Source: Candidatus Heimdallarchaeota archaeon
GTDB taxonomy: Archaea > Asgardarchaeota > Heimdallarchaeia > Hodarchaeales > Hodarchaeaceae
Length of the DNA stretch: 64,000 nucleotides
Assembly (NCBI GenBank): GCA_011364965.1
Contig: RDOB01000002.1
Span: 320,001 to 384,000 of the forward strand
Reading direction: 5' to 3'
Shown here: one piece after another, positions 39,374 to 48,655 of the stretch
Numbering within the stretch: the stretch's first letter is position 1
How the letters are laid out: the number at the start of each line of letters is the position of its first letter
Position numbers and translations under genes: made by a program
The notes under the pieces: generated by a model
Database searches by the model: none
What the model saw: the letters and a program-made list of their open reading frames with translations, nothing else
What the model was told of the DNA's origin: nothing

Positions 39374-41320
39374 GTGACAGATATGGCAGATTTTATCAAT
39401 ACATATTCATTCTATACGGACCTTTTTACGCTCTTGGTTCAACCTTGGTTCTTAATCTTTGTACTCCCTATGATAGGGGCATTGCTTTCTGTAATACTAG
39501 CAAGATTCAATGCTTTTATAAGAAATATTATCGCGCTGATTTCAACTGGCTTAGCTGCTGGATTTGCTTTACTATTAGTGTTTGGCCAAACATGGGGAGA
39601 ATATGCCCTTGAAATAATGCCAAGCAATGCAGTAGGGGTGTATTTTACCAATTCAATAAACGTTGATCCTTTATCTGCGTTTATGGCATTAGTAGCTGCA
39701 GGTTTGGGATTTTTAATTGCCTTATTTTCCTTGGAGTATATGAAAGGTGATGAAGCAGAAACAAGATATTGGTTCTTTTTACAGCTTTTCGTTGGTGGAA
39801 TGGTATTACTTGTATTAGCAGGTGATTTAATTCTACTTTACTTCGGTTGGAAGATTGTTGGGGTTTGTTCTTATTTTTTAATAGGCCATTGGTTCCATAA
39901 ACCCGATCCTCAGGGAGAACTTTGTGCTAAATCTGGCATTAAAGCATTTTTGATGACTCTAGTTGGAGATATCTTATTATTAGCTGCTTTAGGCATTCTA
40001 TGGTTAGCATTAGGTACAATTAACATCACTGATATCATTACTGGATTCTCAACAGTTTCCGCCAGTTTGCAGGTATTGGTAGCATTATTCGTGTTAGCTG
40101 GGGCAATTGGTAAATCAGCTCAATTTCCACTTATTACATGGTTATCTAGTCCTCGTTCAGTTAATATTGATGCGATGCAAGGGCCTACAACAGTAAGCGC
40201 ATTGATACATGCTGCTACCATGGTAAAGGCAGGCGTTTATTTGATATCTAGATTTTACTTTGTTTTCAGACAGGTTGAGATTGACATTTTTTTCGTAGCT
40301 CTAGCTATGGTAGCTGTTATAACAGCATTCATCACAGCAGCATCTGCACTTGTTTCAGTTGATATAAAACGCGTACTAGCCTACTCTACAGTCTCACAGT
40401 TGGCATATATGTTTATGGGTCTTGCTATAGGTTATTTGGCATATTCTACAGAAGAAGCAATTAGTTTTGAAGGTTTTATGGGCACTCAATTTCATTTGAT
40501 GTCTCACGCAATCTTTAAAGCTCTCTTATTCCTTTCCGCTGGAGCTATTATCCATTCTCTGGGCAATGAACGAAATATAAAAAAGATGGGAGGACTCAAA
40601 AAAGATCTACCGATTCTTCATTGGGTTACCCTGATAGGTGTTTGTGCCTTAGCTGGAATTCCATTCCTATTCAACGGAGGATACAGTAAAGAGACAATTT
40701 TGACAAGTGCTTTTGCGTTTGCTCAAACTGAATCGTCCTATGCAATTTTCGGTTGGCTTATATTTGGAATAGGAATTATAACAGCATTTATGACAGCTGT
40801 TTATGCGTTTAGGTTCTTCTTCCTCATATTCTACGGGGAGAAACCAGCTGATCTCAAAGTACATACCCCTGGACCGATAATGCATGGCGTTACAGGTCTT
40901 TTAGGAGGTTTAGTCATCGTAACAGGATTTACAACTCCACTTTGGTTTAATGCATATTTTGAACCAATGTTCGAAGGATACAATTTACATTTGGCTATAA
41001 TCCCCTCCGCTCTGGAAGGGTGGGTAACGTTGACAATAGTGACTGCTATGGTGGCCCTAGGAATAGGATTGAGTTACTTGATTTATTTCAAAGGAGATCG
41101 TACAATCATGCCTACAGTTAGAAAATATTGGATACTCAATGTAAGTCATACCATTGCCAAAGAAGGATTCTACTTAGATAGGTTGTACAGCAGTCTAATT
41201 GATTTATTCCATTGGGGTAATTGGAAGTTAAGAAACTTACAAACCGGGGATTTGAATTATAATATGTCTCTTCTTGGTGCTGTAGCATTAACCATTACAG
41301 TGATTCTTCTGTTCTTATGA
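39374..41320 (+). CDS. NuoL/MrpA-like antiporter subunit
   Basis: GKSAQFPL, AMQGPTTVSALIHAATMV, DIKRVLAYSTVSQL, HAIFKALLF. Confidence 0.95.
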   Translation: MTDMADFINTYSFYTDLFTLLVQPWFLIFVLPMIGALLSVILARFNAFIRNIIALISTGLAAGFALLLVFGQTWGEYALEIMPSNAVGVYFTNSINVDPLSAFMALVAAGLGFLIALFSLEYMKGDEAETRYWFFLQLFVGGMVLLVLAGDLILLYFGWKIVGVCSYFLIGHWFHKPDPQGELCAKSGIKAFLMTLVGDILLLAALGILWLALGTINITDIITGFSTVSASLQVLVALFVLAGAIGKSAQFPLITWLSSPRSVNIDAMQGPTTVSALIHAATMVKAGVYLISRFYFVFRQVEIDIFFVALAMVAVITAFITAASALVSVDIKRVLAYSTVSQLAYMFMGLAIGYLAYSTEEAISFEGFMGTQFHLMSHAIFKALLFLSAGAIIHSLGNERNIKKMGGLKKDLPILHWVTLIGVCALAGIPFLFNGGYSKETILTSAFAFAQTESSYAIFGWLIFGIGIITAFMTAVYAFRFFFLIFYGEKPADLKVHTPGPIMHGVTGLLGGLVIVTGFTTPLWFNAYFEPMFEGYNLHLAIIPSALEGWVTLTIVTAMVALGIGLSYLIYFKGDRTIMPTVRKYWILNVSHTIAKEGFYLDRLYSSLIDLFHWGNWKLRNLQTGDLNYNMSLLGAVALTITVILLFL

Positions 41321-41331
41321 GGTGAAAAAAA

Positions 41332-42867
41332 ATGGTAAACATATTAGGATTTGATCTACCTTTATTTGTCTTTGCACTAGTTCCTATGACTACAGCTTCT
41401 CTTTTAGTATTGCTGGAAAGATTCCTCAACGTTTCACGAACTCAAAAGAACATAATGCACATAATTGCGTTCATGGGTGCAGCTACGGATGTTATCTTAG
41501 CATTTTTATTTGGTTATGCTATCTTGAACTCCACTGGGAACGAATTCTCGTCCACTTTCATCATTAATCTAGGTGCTGACGTCACCTCGCTGTTTTTCAT
41601 CTTGATCTTTACTACAGTGCATTTCGCAGTAACTGTATACTGTATAAATTACATGGAACAATTTGATGAGCTCCCGAGATTTTATGCTCTGCTATTAACT
41701 GTTGTAGCTGGTTTAAATCTAATTGCTTTGTCTACAGATTTCTTCACATTATTTGTAGCTTATGAAATGATGAACCTTTGTGCTTATTCAATGGTAGCGT
41801 TTTATAGAAATGTCGAATCAGCAGAAGCGAGTTTTAAATATCTTGTAATGAGCAGTTCTGGCGCCTTATTAATGCTATATGGCGTAGCATTAGTATATGG
41901 AACAACAGGATCGATTTCATTTGAAGCATTGGCTGCAATGTCACCAATGAACAATTTAGTTCTCTCTATAGGTGGAATCTTGATGATTCTAGGATTTGGA
42001 GTGACAGCAGCAATGTTATTCTTCAATACATGGCTTCCAGATGCGCACCCAGCCGCTCCCCCTCCAGCGCATGCGATGCTGAGTGGTATTATTACATTAG
42101 GCGGTACTTATGGTATGCTTCGAACTCTATTCTTAATTATACCACTTGATGCTCTTACTGGAGCAAATTGGAATATCGTTTTGATAGTTGTAGGAATTTT
42201 AACAACTCTTCAAGGGAATTTATTTGCTCTTATTCAGTTCCTGAGATCTGATCCGCAAGCACGGAATCTCAAGCGAATTTTCGCGTTCAGTACAATCAGT
42301 CACATGGGTTATTTGATAACTGGCCTAGGTGCAGGGACTATATTGGGTATCGGTGGCGTATTATTCCACGCTTTGAGCCATGCTCTTGCTAAAGGAGTAC
42401 TCTTTATGATTACAGGATTTCTCATCTATTCGACTGGAACCTATTATTTGGATCAGTATAAGGGTTTCGGACGAAGAGATCCTTTGATCGGTGTTTGTTT
42501 CGTAATAGGAAATTTCTCCTTAGCTTCTATTCCATTAACTAGTGGTTTCTGGTCAAAATTCCAAATAATTCTTGGCTTATTTGAAAATGGGAATCCTATA
42601 GGGGTATTTGCAGGGATCACGTTGCTGATTTTCACCTTCTTTGCCGCTGCAGGTTACCTGTGGTTAATCAAATATATTGTATTTGATAAATCAGATCAAG
42701 ATCCAAAGTACATCGAGAACTTTGATAGTGTAACTTTTTCCCGAAGGAAATCATGGTCAATGAAAGCTGCGATTGTATTCTTAGCTATTTTGGTTGTATT
42801 AATTGGTATATTTCCAGGACCAGTGGCAGATTTTGCTATTAAAGCCGCTACCGCCTTATTAGGGTAA
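41332..42867 (+). CDS. NuoM/N/MrpD-like antiporter subunit
   Basis: EASFKY, WLPDAHPAAP, KRIFAFSTISHMGY, GFWSKF. Confidence 0.93.
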   Translation: MVNILGFDLPLFVFALVPMTTASLLVLLERFLNVSRTQKNIMHIIAFMGAATDVILAFLFGYAILNSTGNEFSSTFIINLGADVTSLFFILIFTTVHFAVTVYCINYMEQFDELPRFYALLLTVVAGLNLIALSTDFFTLFVAYEMMNLCAYSMVAFYRNVESAEASFKYLVMSSSGALLMLYGVALVYGTTGSISFEALAAMSPMNNLVLSIGGILMILGFGVTAAMLFFNTWLPDAHPAAPPPAHAMLSGIITLGGTYGMLRTLFLIIPLDALTGANWNIVLIVVGILTTLQGNLFALIQFLRSDPQARNLKRIFAFSTISHMGYLITGLGAGTILGIGGVLFHALSHALAKGVLFMITGFLIYSTGTYYLDQYKGFGRRDPLIGVCFVIGNFSLASIPLTSGFWSKFQIILGLFENGNPIGVFAGITLLIFTFFAAAGYLWLIKYIVFDKSDQDPKYIENFDSVTFSRRKSWSMKAAIVFLAILVVLIGIFPGPVADFAIKAATALLG

Positions 42868-42895
42868 ATCTTTACCCTATCTTCCTTTTTTTTTT
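42860..42895 (+). terminator. Hairpin plus T-tract terminator after the hydrogenase operon
   Basis: TAGGGTAAA-TC-TTTACCCTA inverted repeat overlapping the stop codon, followed by T10. Confidence 0.7.
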
Positions 42896-42975
42896 ACAGA
42901 TCTTTTCAACTAGAATTCTTTTTACACCTTAAATTAGAAAGTGTAATTAATTCATCTAAGTAGATTGTGTTTAAT

Positions 42976-43215
42976 ATGTGTTTAGCAATCCCAGCTCAAG
43001 TTGTGAAAAAGCTTGAAGATAATTTGGTTCTTGCAGATTTCGGCCGAGGAGTCCGAAGAGAAGTGAGTGTTTCCTTAATTCAGGAAAAGCTGACTGAAGG
43101 GGATTGGATCTTAATTCATACTGGATATGCAGTATCAAAGATGGAACCCGAAGATGCACGGGAAACACTTGCTCTTTGGGAAGAGATATGGGCAAATGAA
43201 GAAGATTCCATGTAA
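42976..43215 (+). CDS. hypC: Hydrogenase assembly chaperone HypC
   Basis: MCLAIP start and GDWILIHTGYA. Confidence 0.96.
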   Translation: MCLAIPAQVVKKLEDNLVLADFGRGVRREVSVSLIQEKLTEGDWILIHTGYAVSKMEPEDARETLALWEEIWANEEDSM

Positions 43216-43225
43216 ACTTTTCTTA

Positions 43226-44275
43226 TTAACACACTCTAGGTATTGGTTCACCCACTGGTTTATCTAGAATCCTGTGTCCTCCAATTCTTGTTCGTAATAG
43301 TACCTTCCCTGCCCTCTCTCTTTTTGCGCGTCCAATGATTGCTGCGTTTCGCCCCAATTCATGACTTTTTAAAATTTTAAGCACTTTTTCTGCATCCTCT
43401 GGGTGAACAGCAATAATAGCTTTCCCTTCACAAGAAACATTGAGTGGATCTATACCAAAAACTTCAGAGATTATTTTTACCTCTTCCAATATTGGAATTA
43501 CATCTTCATCAATCCATATTGAAACTTTAGATTTTTCTGCCCATTCATTTAGTACAGCAGTTAATCCACCTCTTGTGGGATCCTTTGCTGCATGAACTCG
43601 ATATTTGGTGATTGGAAGGATCAGTTCAGTTAAAGGAGCAACATCAGAATGTAGATTTGACTCTAATTCGGTACCCTCTCGACTAACTAACATTGCAAAA
43701 CCATGATCGCCTAAAGTACCAGATGTAATGATTATATCTTCGGGTTGAACTGAACTATCTGTTATTCTTTGGCCTTCAGGTATGATACCCAAACCTGTCG
43801 TATTAACTAAAATTTCTGTTTGATACATTGATCCCATTGGCATAACTTTAGTGTCACCTGCGACAATAGCAATCTCATATCTCGTTGTAATATCCACTAT
43901 TGTATCAATTATCTCCCCAAGAATTCCAAACTTTATCCCTTCACGTATTATAAGGGCTAAGGTAATTGCGATTGGTTTAGCTCCCATCATAAGTAAATCA
44001 TTAATTGTACCACAAGCTGCAAGCGTACCAATGTTACCACCTTTGAAAAAAATTGGTGTTACAGTATATGAGTCAGTTGTCACAACCAAATCAACTTTTT
44101 TATTTTCTAGTGGAATAATCGCTCCATCATCAAACGATTCAACCCCTAAACCTTGAGAAGTTACCCTTTTGATTTTGATTCGATCAGCAATGAATTTTAT
44201 TAATAAATCCATTTTTTTCCCCCCCTGACCCATATCGAGTTCGATCAATTTACCCTCTAATGACTCATCCAGCAA
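43226..44275 (-). CDS. hypE: Hydrogenase maturation protein HypE
   Basis: TTDSYTV, GTINDL, GDTKV, KDPTRGG and a C-terminal PRVC. Confidence 0.96.
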   Translation of the reverse strand: MLDESLEGKLIELDMGQGGKKMDLLIKFIADRIKIKRVTSQGLGVESFDDGAIIPLENKKVDLVVTTDSYTVTPIFFKGGNIGTLAACGTINDLLMMGAKPIAITLALIIREGIKFGILGEIIDTIVDITTRYEIAIVAGDTKVMPMGSMYQTEILVNTTGLGIIPEGQRITDSSVQPEDIIITSGTLGDHGFAMLVSREGTELESNLHSDVAPLTELILPITKYRVHAAKDPTRGGLTAVLNEWAEKSKVSIWIDEDVIPILEEVKIISEVFGIDPLNVSCEGKAIIAVHPEDAEKVLKILKSHELGRNAAIIGRAKRERAGKVLLRTRIGGHRILDKPVGEPIPRVC

Positions 44276-44430
44276 AATGGTTGCACCTTTTGATGAAAAC
44301 TAATATTTACTCTTGATTCTTACAGAAAGCAAATTTCTATTAATATATGGTTATAGCTCACTTTTTTGTTGTTGATTGAATAATAGAATATCATCTCTTG
44401 GAATAAGAAGAATCTAAGGTGACAATATAA

Positions 44431-45990
44431 ATGACAAAACAATATTACGATTGTACATTCTTTAATGCTAATGTTATTACTCTAGACAAGCTCAATCCCG
44501 TTGCAGATATGGTTATGATACGAGAAGGGAAATTTACTTATGTAGGAGAATATAAAGAAAATTCAATTAATAATTCTGTTTTATCTATTGATTTAAAAGG
44601 AAAAACCATTCTTCCTGGCTTTATAGATCTTCATACGCATCTTTGGGCCGAAGCTCCTACCATATCAGTTGATTTAGGTTCAGCGAAAACATTTGCAGAA
44701 GCTTTAGAGATACTTAAAGCGGAAGTGAAATCAAAATCTCCTTCTGAGTGGATTTTTGCTTCTAATTGGGATGAATCGAAATGGCTGGATCGCCAAGATT
44801 TTTTGGATCGCAAAATTTTGGATGAAATCAGTATAAAAAATCCTATCTATGCAAAACGAGAAGATGGTCATTTAGTTTCCATTAACTCACCCGCTTTAAA
44901 GATATTACAGATCCCTGGCAGTCATCCAGGTTTAGAAAAGGATTCAAATGGCATACCCTCTGGTATATTGAAAGATGTATGGCTAGATATGTCTGAATTT
45001 TATAAAGAAATAATTCCTGCTAATATTTTGGACTCTATTGATATAGCTACTTCTAAGGGAATTACTTCCGTTGTAGACAATCTTACTATTATACCCAAAG
45101 GACAGAAGAACATCATTCAAGCCTATCAGAAATTAGATAATGAAGGTAAGCTAAACATCAGAGTATTTCTCAATCCGACTATTGCTTTACTTCAAGAGTT
45201 TCATCATTTAGGGCTTCAGCAAAATTGGGGTTCGGATAAGCTTCGTTTTTATGGCTTTAAAGCGTTTGTAGATGGAGCACTTGGAGCCAAAACAGCACGA
45301 ATCATATTTCCTTATGTAGGTACGGATATAAAAGGAAATATCTTTATAAATCAAGAGGAAATAATAAATAATATAACTTTTGCCGAAGAAAACAATTATA
45401 CAATGTGTATTCATGCTATTGGAGACGAAGCAATTGATATTCTTTTGGATTGTTATGAAAAGGGTATTAGTGCAACTGGAAGAAAAAGATCAGAGCGGAA
45501 ACACAGGATAGAACATGCAGAAATGATAACAAATGAACAAGTGCTTAAAGCTAAAAAATTGGGAATATTACTCTCCATGCAGCCGAATTTTCTAAAGTGG
45601 GAATATCCTGGGGGTCTATACGAGACTCGTTTAGGGAAAGATCGATTTATGGGTTTAAATAGATTTGCTGAAATCCAGCGATTAGGAGCGCAGCTATATT
45701 TTGGATCAGATAACATGCCCCTCTCACCTTTATATGGTATAAATATAGCAACTAACTTCCCTTCTGAAGCAATTCAGATTTCAGTATTAGACGCTCTAAG
45801 AGCTTATACTGTCAATAATTCGGAGGCTTTATTTATGGAAAATAAAATTGGGACGATTACTGTAGGGAAATTCGCTGATTTTGTCATATTAACTCAATCT
45901 CCGTTAGATATTCCGAAATCTGATATTAGTGATGAATTAGTTGAAAGTACATATGTGAATGGTAAATTGGTTTTTCAAAAGGATAAATAG
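44431..45990 (+). CDS. Amidohydrolase (YtcJ-like)
   Basis: PGFIDLHTH, DGALG, HAIGD, HRIEHAE, GSD. Confidence 0.92.
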   Translation: MTKQYYDCTFFNANVITLDKLNPVADMVMIREGKFTYVGEYKENSINNSVLSIDLKGKTILPGFIDLHTHLWAEAPTISVDLGSAKTFAEALEILKAEVKSKSPSEWIFASNWDESKWLDRQDFLDRKILDEISIKNPIYAKREDGHLVSINSPALKILQIPGSHPGLEKDSNGIPSGILKDVWLDMSEFYKEIIPANILDSIDIATSKGITSVVDNLTIIPKGQKNIIQAYQKLDNEGKLNIRVFLNPTIALLQEFHHLGLQQNWGSDKLRFYGFKAFVDGALGAKTARIIFPYVGTDIKGNIFINQEEIINNITFAEENNYTMCIHAIGDEAIDILLDCYEKGISATGRKRSERKHRIEHAEMITNEQVLKAKKLGILLSMQPNFLKWEYPGGLYETRLGKDRFMGLNRFAEIQRLGAQLYFGSDNMPLSPLYGINIATNFPSEAIQISVLDALRAYTVNNSEALFMENKIGTITVGKFADFVILTQSPLDIPKSDISDELVESTYVNGKLVFQKDK

Positions 45991-45998
45991 GTGTTATA

Positions 45999-46973
45999 AT
46001 GTCTCCCTTGGTTATCTTAACTCACAAAATTCCAGAGATCGGTCTAAATCTATTGAAGAATGAAATGAATGTAATTATTTTAGATGAAAAAGAAGATATT
46101 AATACTCAATTAAGGAAATTTATGCCTCAAACTGAATATTTGATTTCGCTTCTGTCCGTAAATGTGACAAAGGAATTAATAAATCTGGGTACTAAATTAA
46201 AAGGAATAGCAAACTATGCTGTTGGGTATAACAATATTGATATTAATGCAGCTCGGGAAAAGAATGTTCTGGTAACTAATACACCAGATGTACTTACTGA
46301 TGCAACCGCAGATCTAGTTTGGGCGCTAATTCTTGGAGTAACACGAAAAATCATCGAAGCAGATAAGGTTTGTAGAAAGAATGCTTTTCCAGGATGGTTA
46401 CCTGAATATCATCTGGGATTTGAAGTAACTGGAAAAACTATAGGTATCGTGGGAATGGGCCGCATAGGCGCTGCTGTAGCACAGCGTGCCAAAGGATTTG
46501 ATATGAAAGTGATCTATCACTCAAGATCAAGAAAATGGTCTCTCGAAGAAAATTATGGTTACGAGTATTATGAAGAATTACACCCTTTATTGAAGAATTC
46601 AGATATTGTAAGCTTAAATCTTCCATATACAAACGAAACACATCATCTAATTTCAAAGACTGAATTTGAAATTATGAAGCCTACTAGTTACCTAATTAAT
46701 ACAGCTAGAGGTAAAATAGTTAATGAATCTGATTTGGTACAGGCATTAAAAAGAAATCTTATCGCTGGAGCTGGATTAGATGTTTTTTATAATGAACCTG
46801 ACATTCCAGAAGCTCTGCGATCTTTAAAGAATGTGATCCTAACCCCACATATTGGTTCTGCAACGTTTCAAGCTCGTGATGCTATGTCGAAAATGGTTGC
46901 GGATAATATAATAGCTATCGAACATGGATTAACTCCACCCAACCTAATACCAGAATTTAAAAATAGAAAGTAA
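45999..46973 (+). CDS. D-2-hydroxyacid dehydrogenase (glyoxylate/hydroxypyruvate reductase-like)
   Basis: AVGYNNID, GMGRIG, NTARG, LDVFYNEP, PHIGSA. Confidence 0.93.
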   Translation: MSPLVILTHKIPEIGLNLLKNEMNVIILDEKEDINTQLRKFMPQTEYLISLLSVNVTKELINLGTKLKGIANYAVGYNNIDINAAREKNVLVTNTPDVLTDATADLVWALILGVTRKIIEADKVCRKNAFPGWLPEYHLGFEVTGKTIGIVGMGRIGAAVAQRAKGFDMKVIYHSRSRKWSLEENYGYEYYEELHPLLKNSDIVSLNLPYTNETHHLISKTEFEIMKPTSYLINTARGKIVNESDLVQALKRNLIAGAGLDVFYNEPDIPEALRSLKNVILTPHIGSATFQARDAMSKMVADNIIAIEHGLTPPNLIPEFKNRK

Positions 46974-46976
46974 AGG

Positions 46977-48650
46977 TTACTGGATTTGTTCCAGGTTTCC
47001 TTTACAATAAGGACATGTTGTAACCCCTGTTTCTTTGATATTGGCATAACAGTCACTGCATATCTTTCGAGAGCACTGATCGCATTTATATGCAGAATCT
47101 GTTGATGGATGAGTTTCTCCATCAAGTTGACAATGGAAGGATTCACGTTCATCAGGGAAATATTTGTGGGTTTTGATAGGTTGTTCAACCTTTGCTCCGC
47201 AATACTTACAGAATCGACTGTTTGGTAGAAGATCTCGACCACAACTACGACAATTTGTCTCGTTTGCTGGAGTAGTTATTTTCGAAACGCCATAATCTCT
47301 ACCAACAAGTTTCGCACCGCAGTTTGTACAATATGTATCTCCTATTTTCGTCTTGAAATTGCATCTATGGCACTGCCCTTCCTTTAATGTCGGGATTCCG
47401 GCACTCGGAGGAACCTCTGTTGTTGGAGGAGTGCTTGGAGGCGTTGTGGTTGCATCTGGAACTACTGCTGGAGCTTTCTTTGCTTTACTTCTTTGAATAA
47501 GGGCAATTATCAAGATAAGAACTATAATACCACCTATTACTAAAAGAACTGGTTGAAAATCAAGCCATCGTTGTTCATAAGTTATATTGGTTTGATATGT
47601 GACATCAAAAGTGATGTCCACCGACTCTGCGGGGTTTATGAAGGGATCGAAATAGATAAAGAAATACCAATCACCATCAGAAGGAACAGTATAACTATCA
47701 GGAGCAATGTAATCTACAGCTTCATAAAGCACAGGAGCAGCAGAAAAGTCATACACTCCGACTGCATTATAATTTACAGTAAAATCGACATTGATTGGAC
47801 TAGTTCCAGCGTTATACCACACTAAATACCAATCTTGTGCATATGGTATAGTATATGAACCATTATCTCCTGAACTACCAAAATAAGAAACATCAGGATA
47901 TATTGTTTCCCAATTATTCCATCGACTAAGTTCATTTGCATCTGTTATGAAGAATTCGATGTCTCCTCCAGAAACAGTGAAATCATATGCCAAAATGGAT
48001 CCAGGTTTGAGGAAATACCCAATATACTGGTAATCATGATTCGCTTGAACAACCATATTTTCACTGTAACTACCTGTAAGAGTACGTGTTGCAGGAAACG
48101 TTTCAAAAGGTTGATTCCAGATAATAAATGTCACTTCACTGAATGCATCTAATGTGTAATCAATTTGCTGACCAGCAGATAATTGTTCTCGTTCATACCA
48201 ATATTCATTGTAATAGAGAGTTTGAGTATCGCGATAGGTCACCGTACCATCTGCAGAGGCGTTTGTGAATGGGAAAGGGATGAATGCCATACCTAGTAGT
48301 GGAAGTATAATGAGTAATGCAATAATTCCAAGTACAATACCACTACTCCAGTAAACTGGAGCATAATACCAAGGACGATAAGGGTAACCCCACCACCAAT
48401 ACCAACCCCACGGTCTACGCCACCATGGGCGCCAGAATCCCCAGTGTCTTCTTCCATAAGGATGGTAATGCCCGCGTGAAATACCACTACTCCGAGGTGC
48501 TCTTGATACTGTCCGTCTTGATCCTGTTCTTCCAAAGGGTCTCCCAGAGGATCTTATACTTCCAGTACGAAAGCTGTGGCTACCACCTCTAAAGCCGCCC
48601 CCTCTAAAGCCGCCCCCACCCCTGAAACCACCACCACCGCCACGAGGCAT
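46977..48650 (-). CDS. Two-pass membrane protein: RGG tail, W/Y-rich segment, GOLD-like ectodomains, double zinc ribbons, C-terminal RING-like finger
   Basis: (GGFRG)n N-terminus, two TM helices, CxxC pairs and C-terminal CQLD..CDQC..CSDC..CPYC. Confidence 0.85.
   Translation of the reverse strand: MPRGGGGGFRGGGGFRGGGFRGGSHSFRTGSIRSSGRPFGRTGSRRTVSRAPRSSGISRGHYHPYGRRHWGFWRPWWRRPWGWYWWWGYPYRPWYYAPVYWSSGIVLGIIALLIILPLLGMAFIPFPFTNASADGTVTYRDTQTLYYNEYWYEREQLSAGQQIDYTLDAFSEVTFIIWNQPFETFPATRTLTGSYSENMVVQANHDYQYIGYFLKPGSILAYDFTVSGGDIEFFITDANELSRWNNWETIYPDVSYFGSSGDNGSYTIPYAQDWYLVWYNAGTSPINVDFTVNYNAVGVYDFSAAPVLYEAVDYIAPDSYTVPSDGDWYFFIYFDPFINPAESVDITFDVTYQTNITYEQRWLDFQPVLLVIGGIIVLILIIALIQRSKAKKAPAVVPDATTTPPSTPPTTEVPPSAGIPTLKEGQCHRCNFKTKIGDTYCTNCGAKLVGRDYGVSKITTPANETNCRSCGRDLLPNSRFCKYCGAKVEQPIKTHKYFPDERESFHCQLDGETHPSTDSAYKCDQCSRKICSDCYANIKETGVTTCPYCKGNLEQIQ
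48585..48640 (-). repeat. Short coding tandem repeats (GGFRG units)
   Basis: cctctaaagccgccc occurs twice, plus a degenerate copy. Confidence 0.7.
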
Positions 48651-48655
48651 TTGTT

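Noticed and set aside
34378-42867. NADH:quinone oxidoreductase (complex I)
   Set aside because: The large subunit keeps both Ni-binding CxxC motifs, hyp/hycI genes flank the operon, and NuoEFG are absent.
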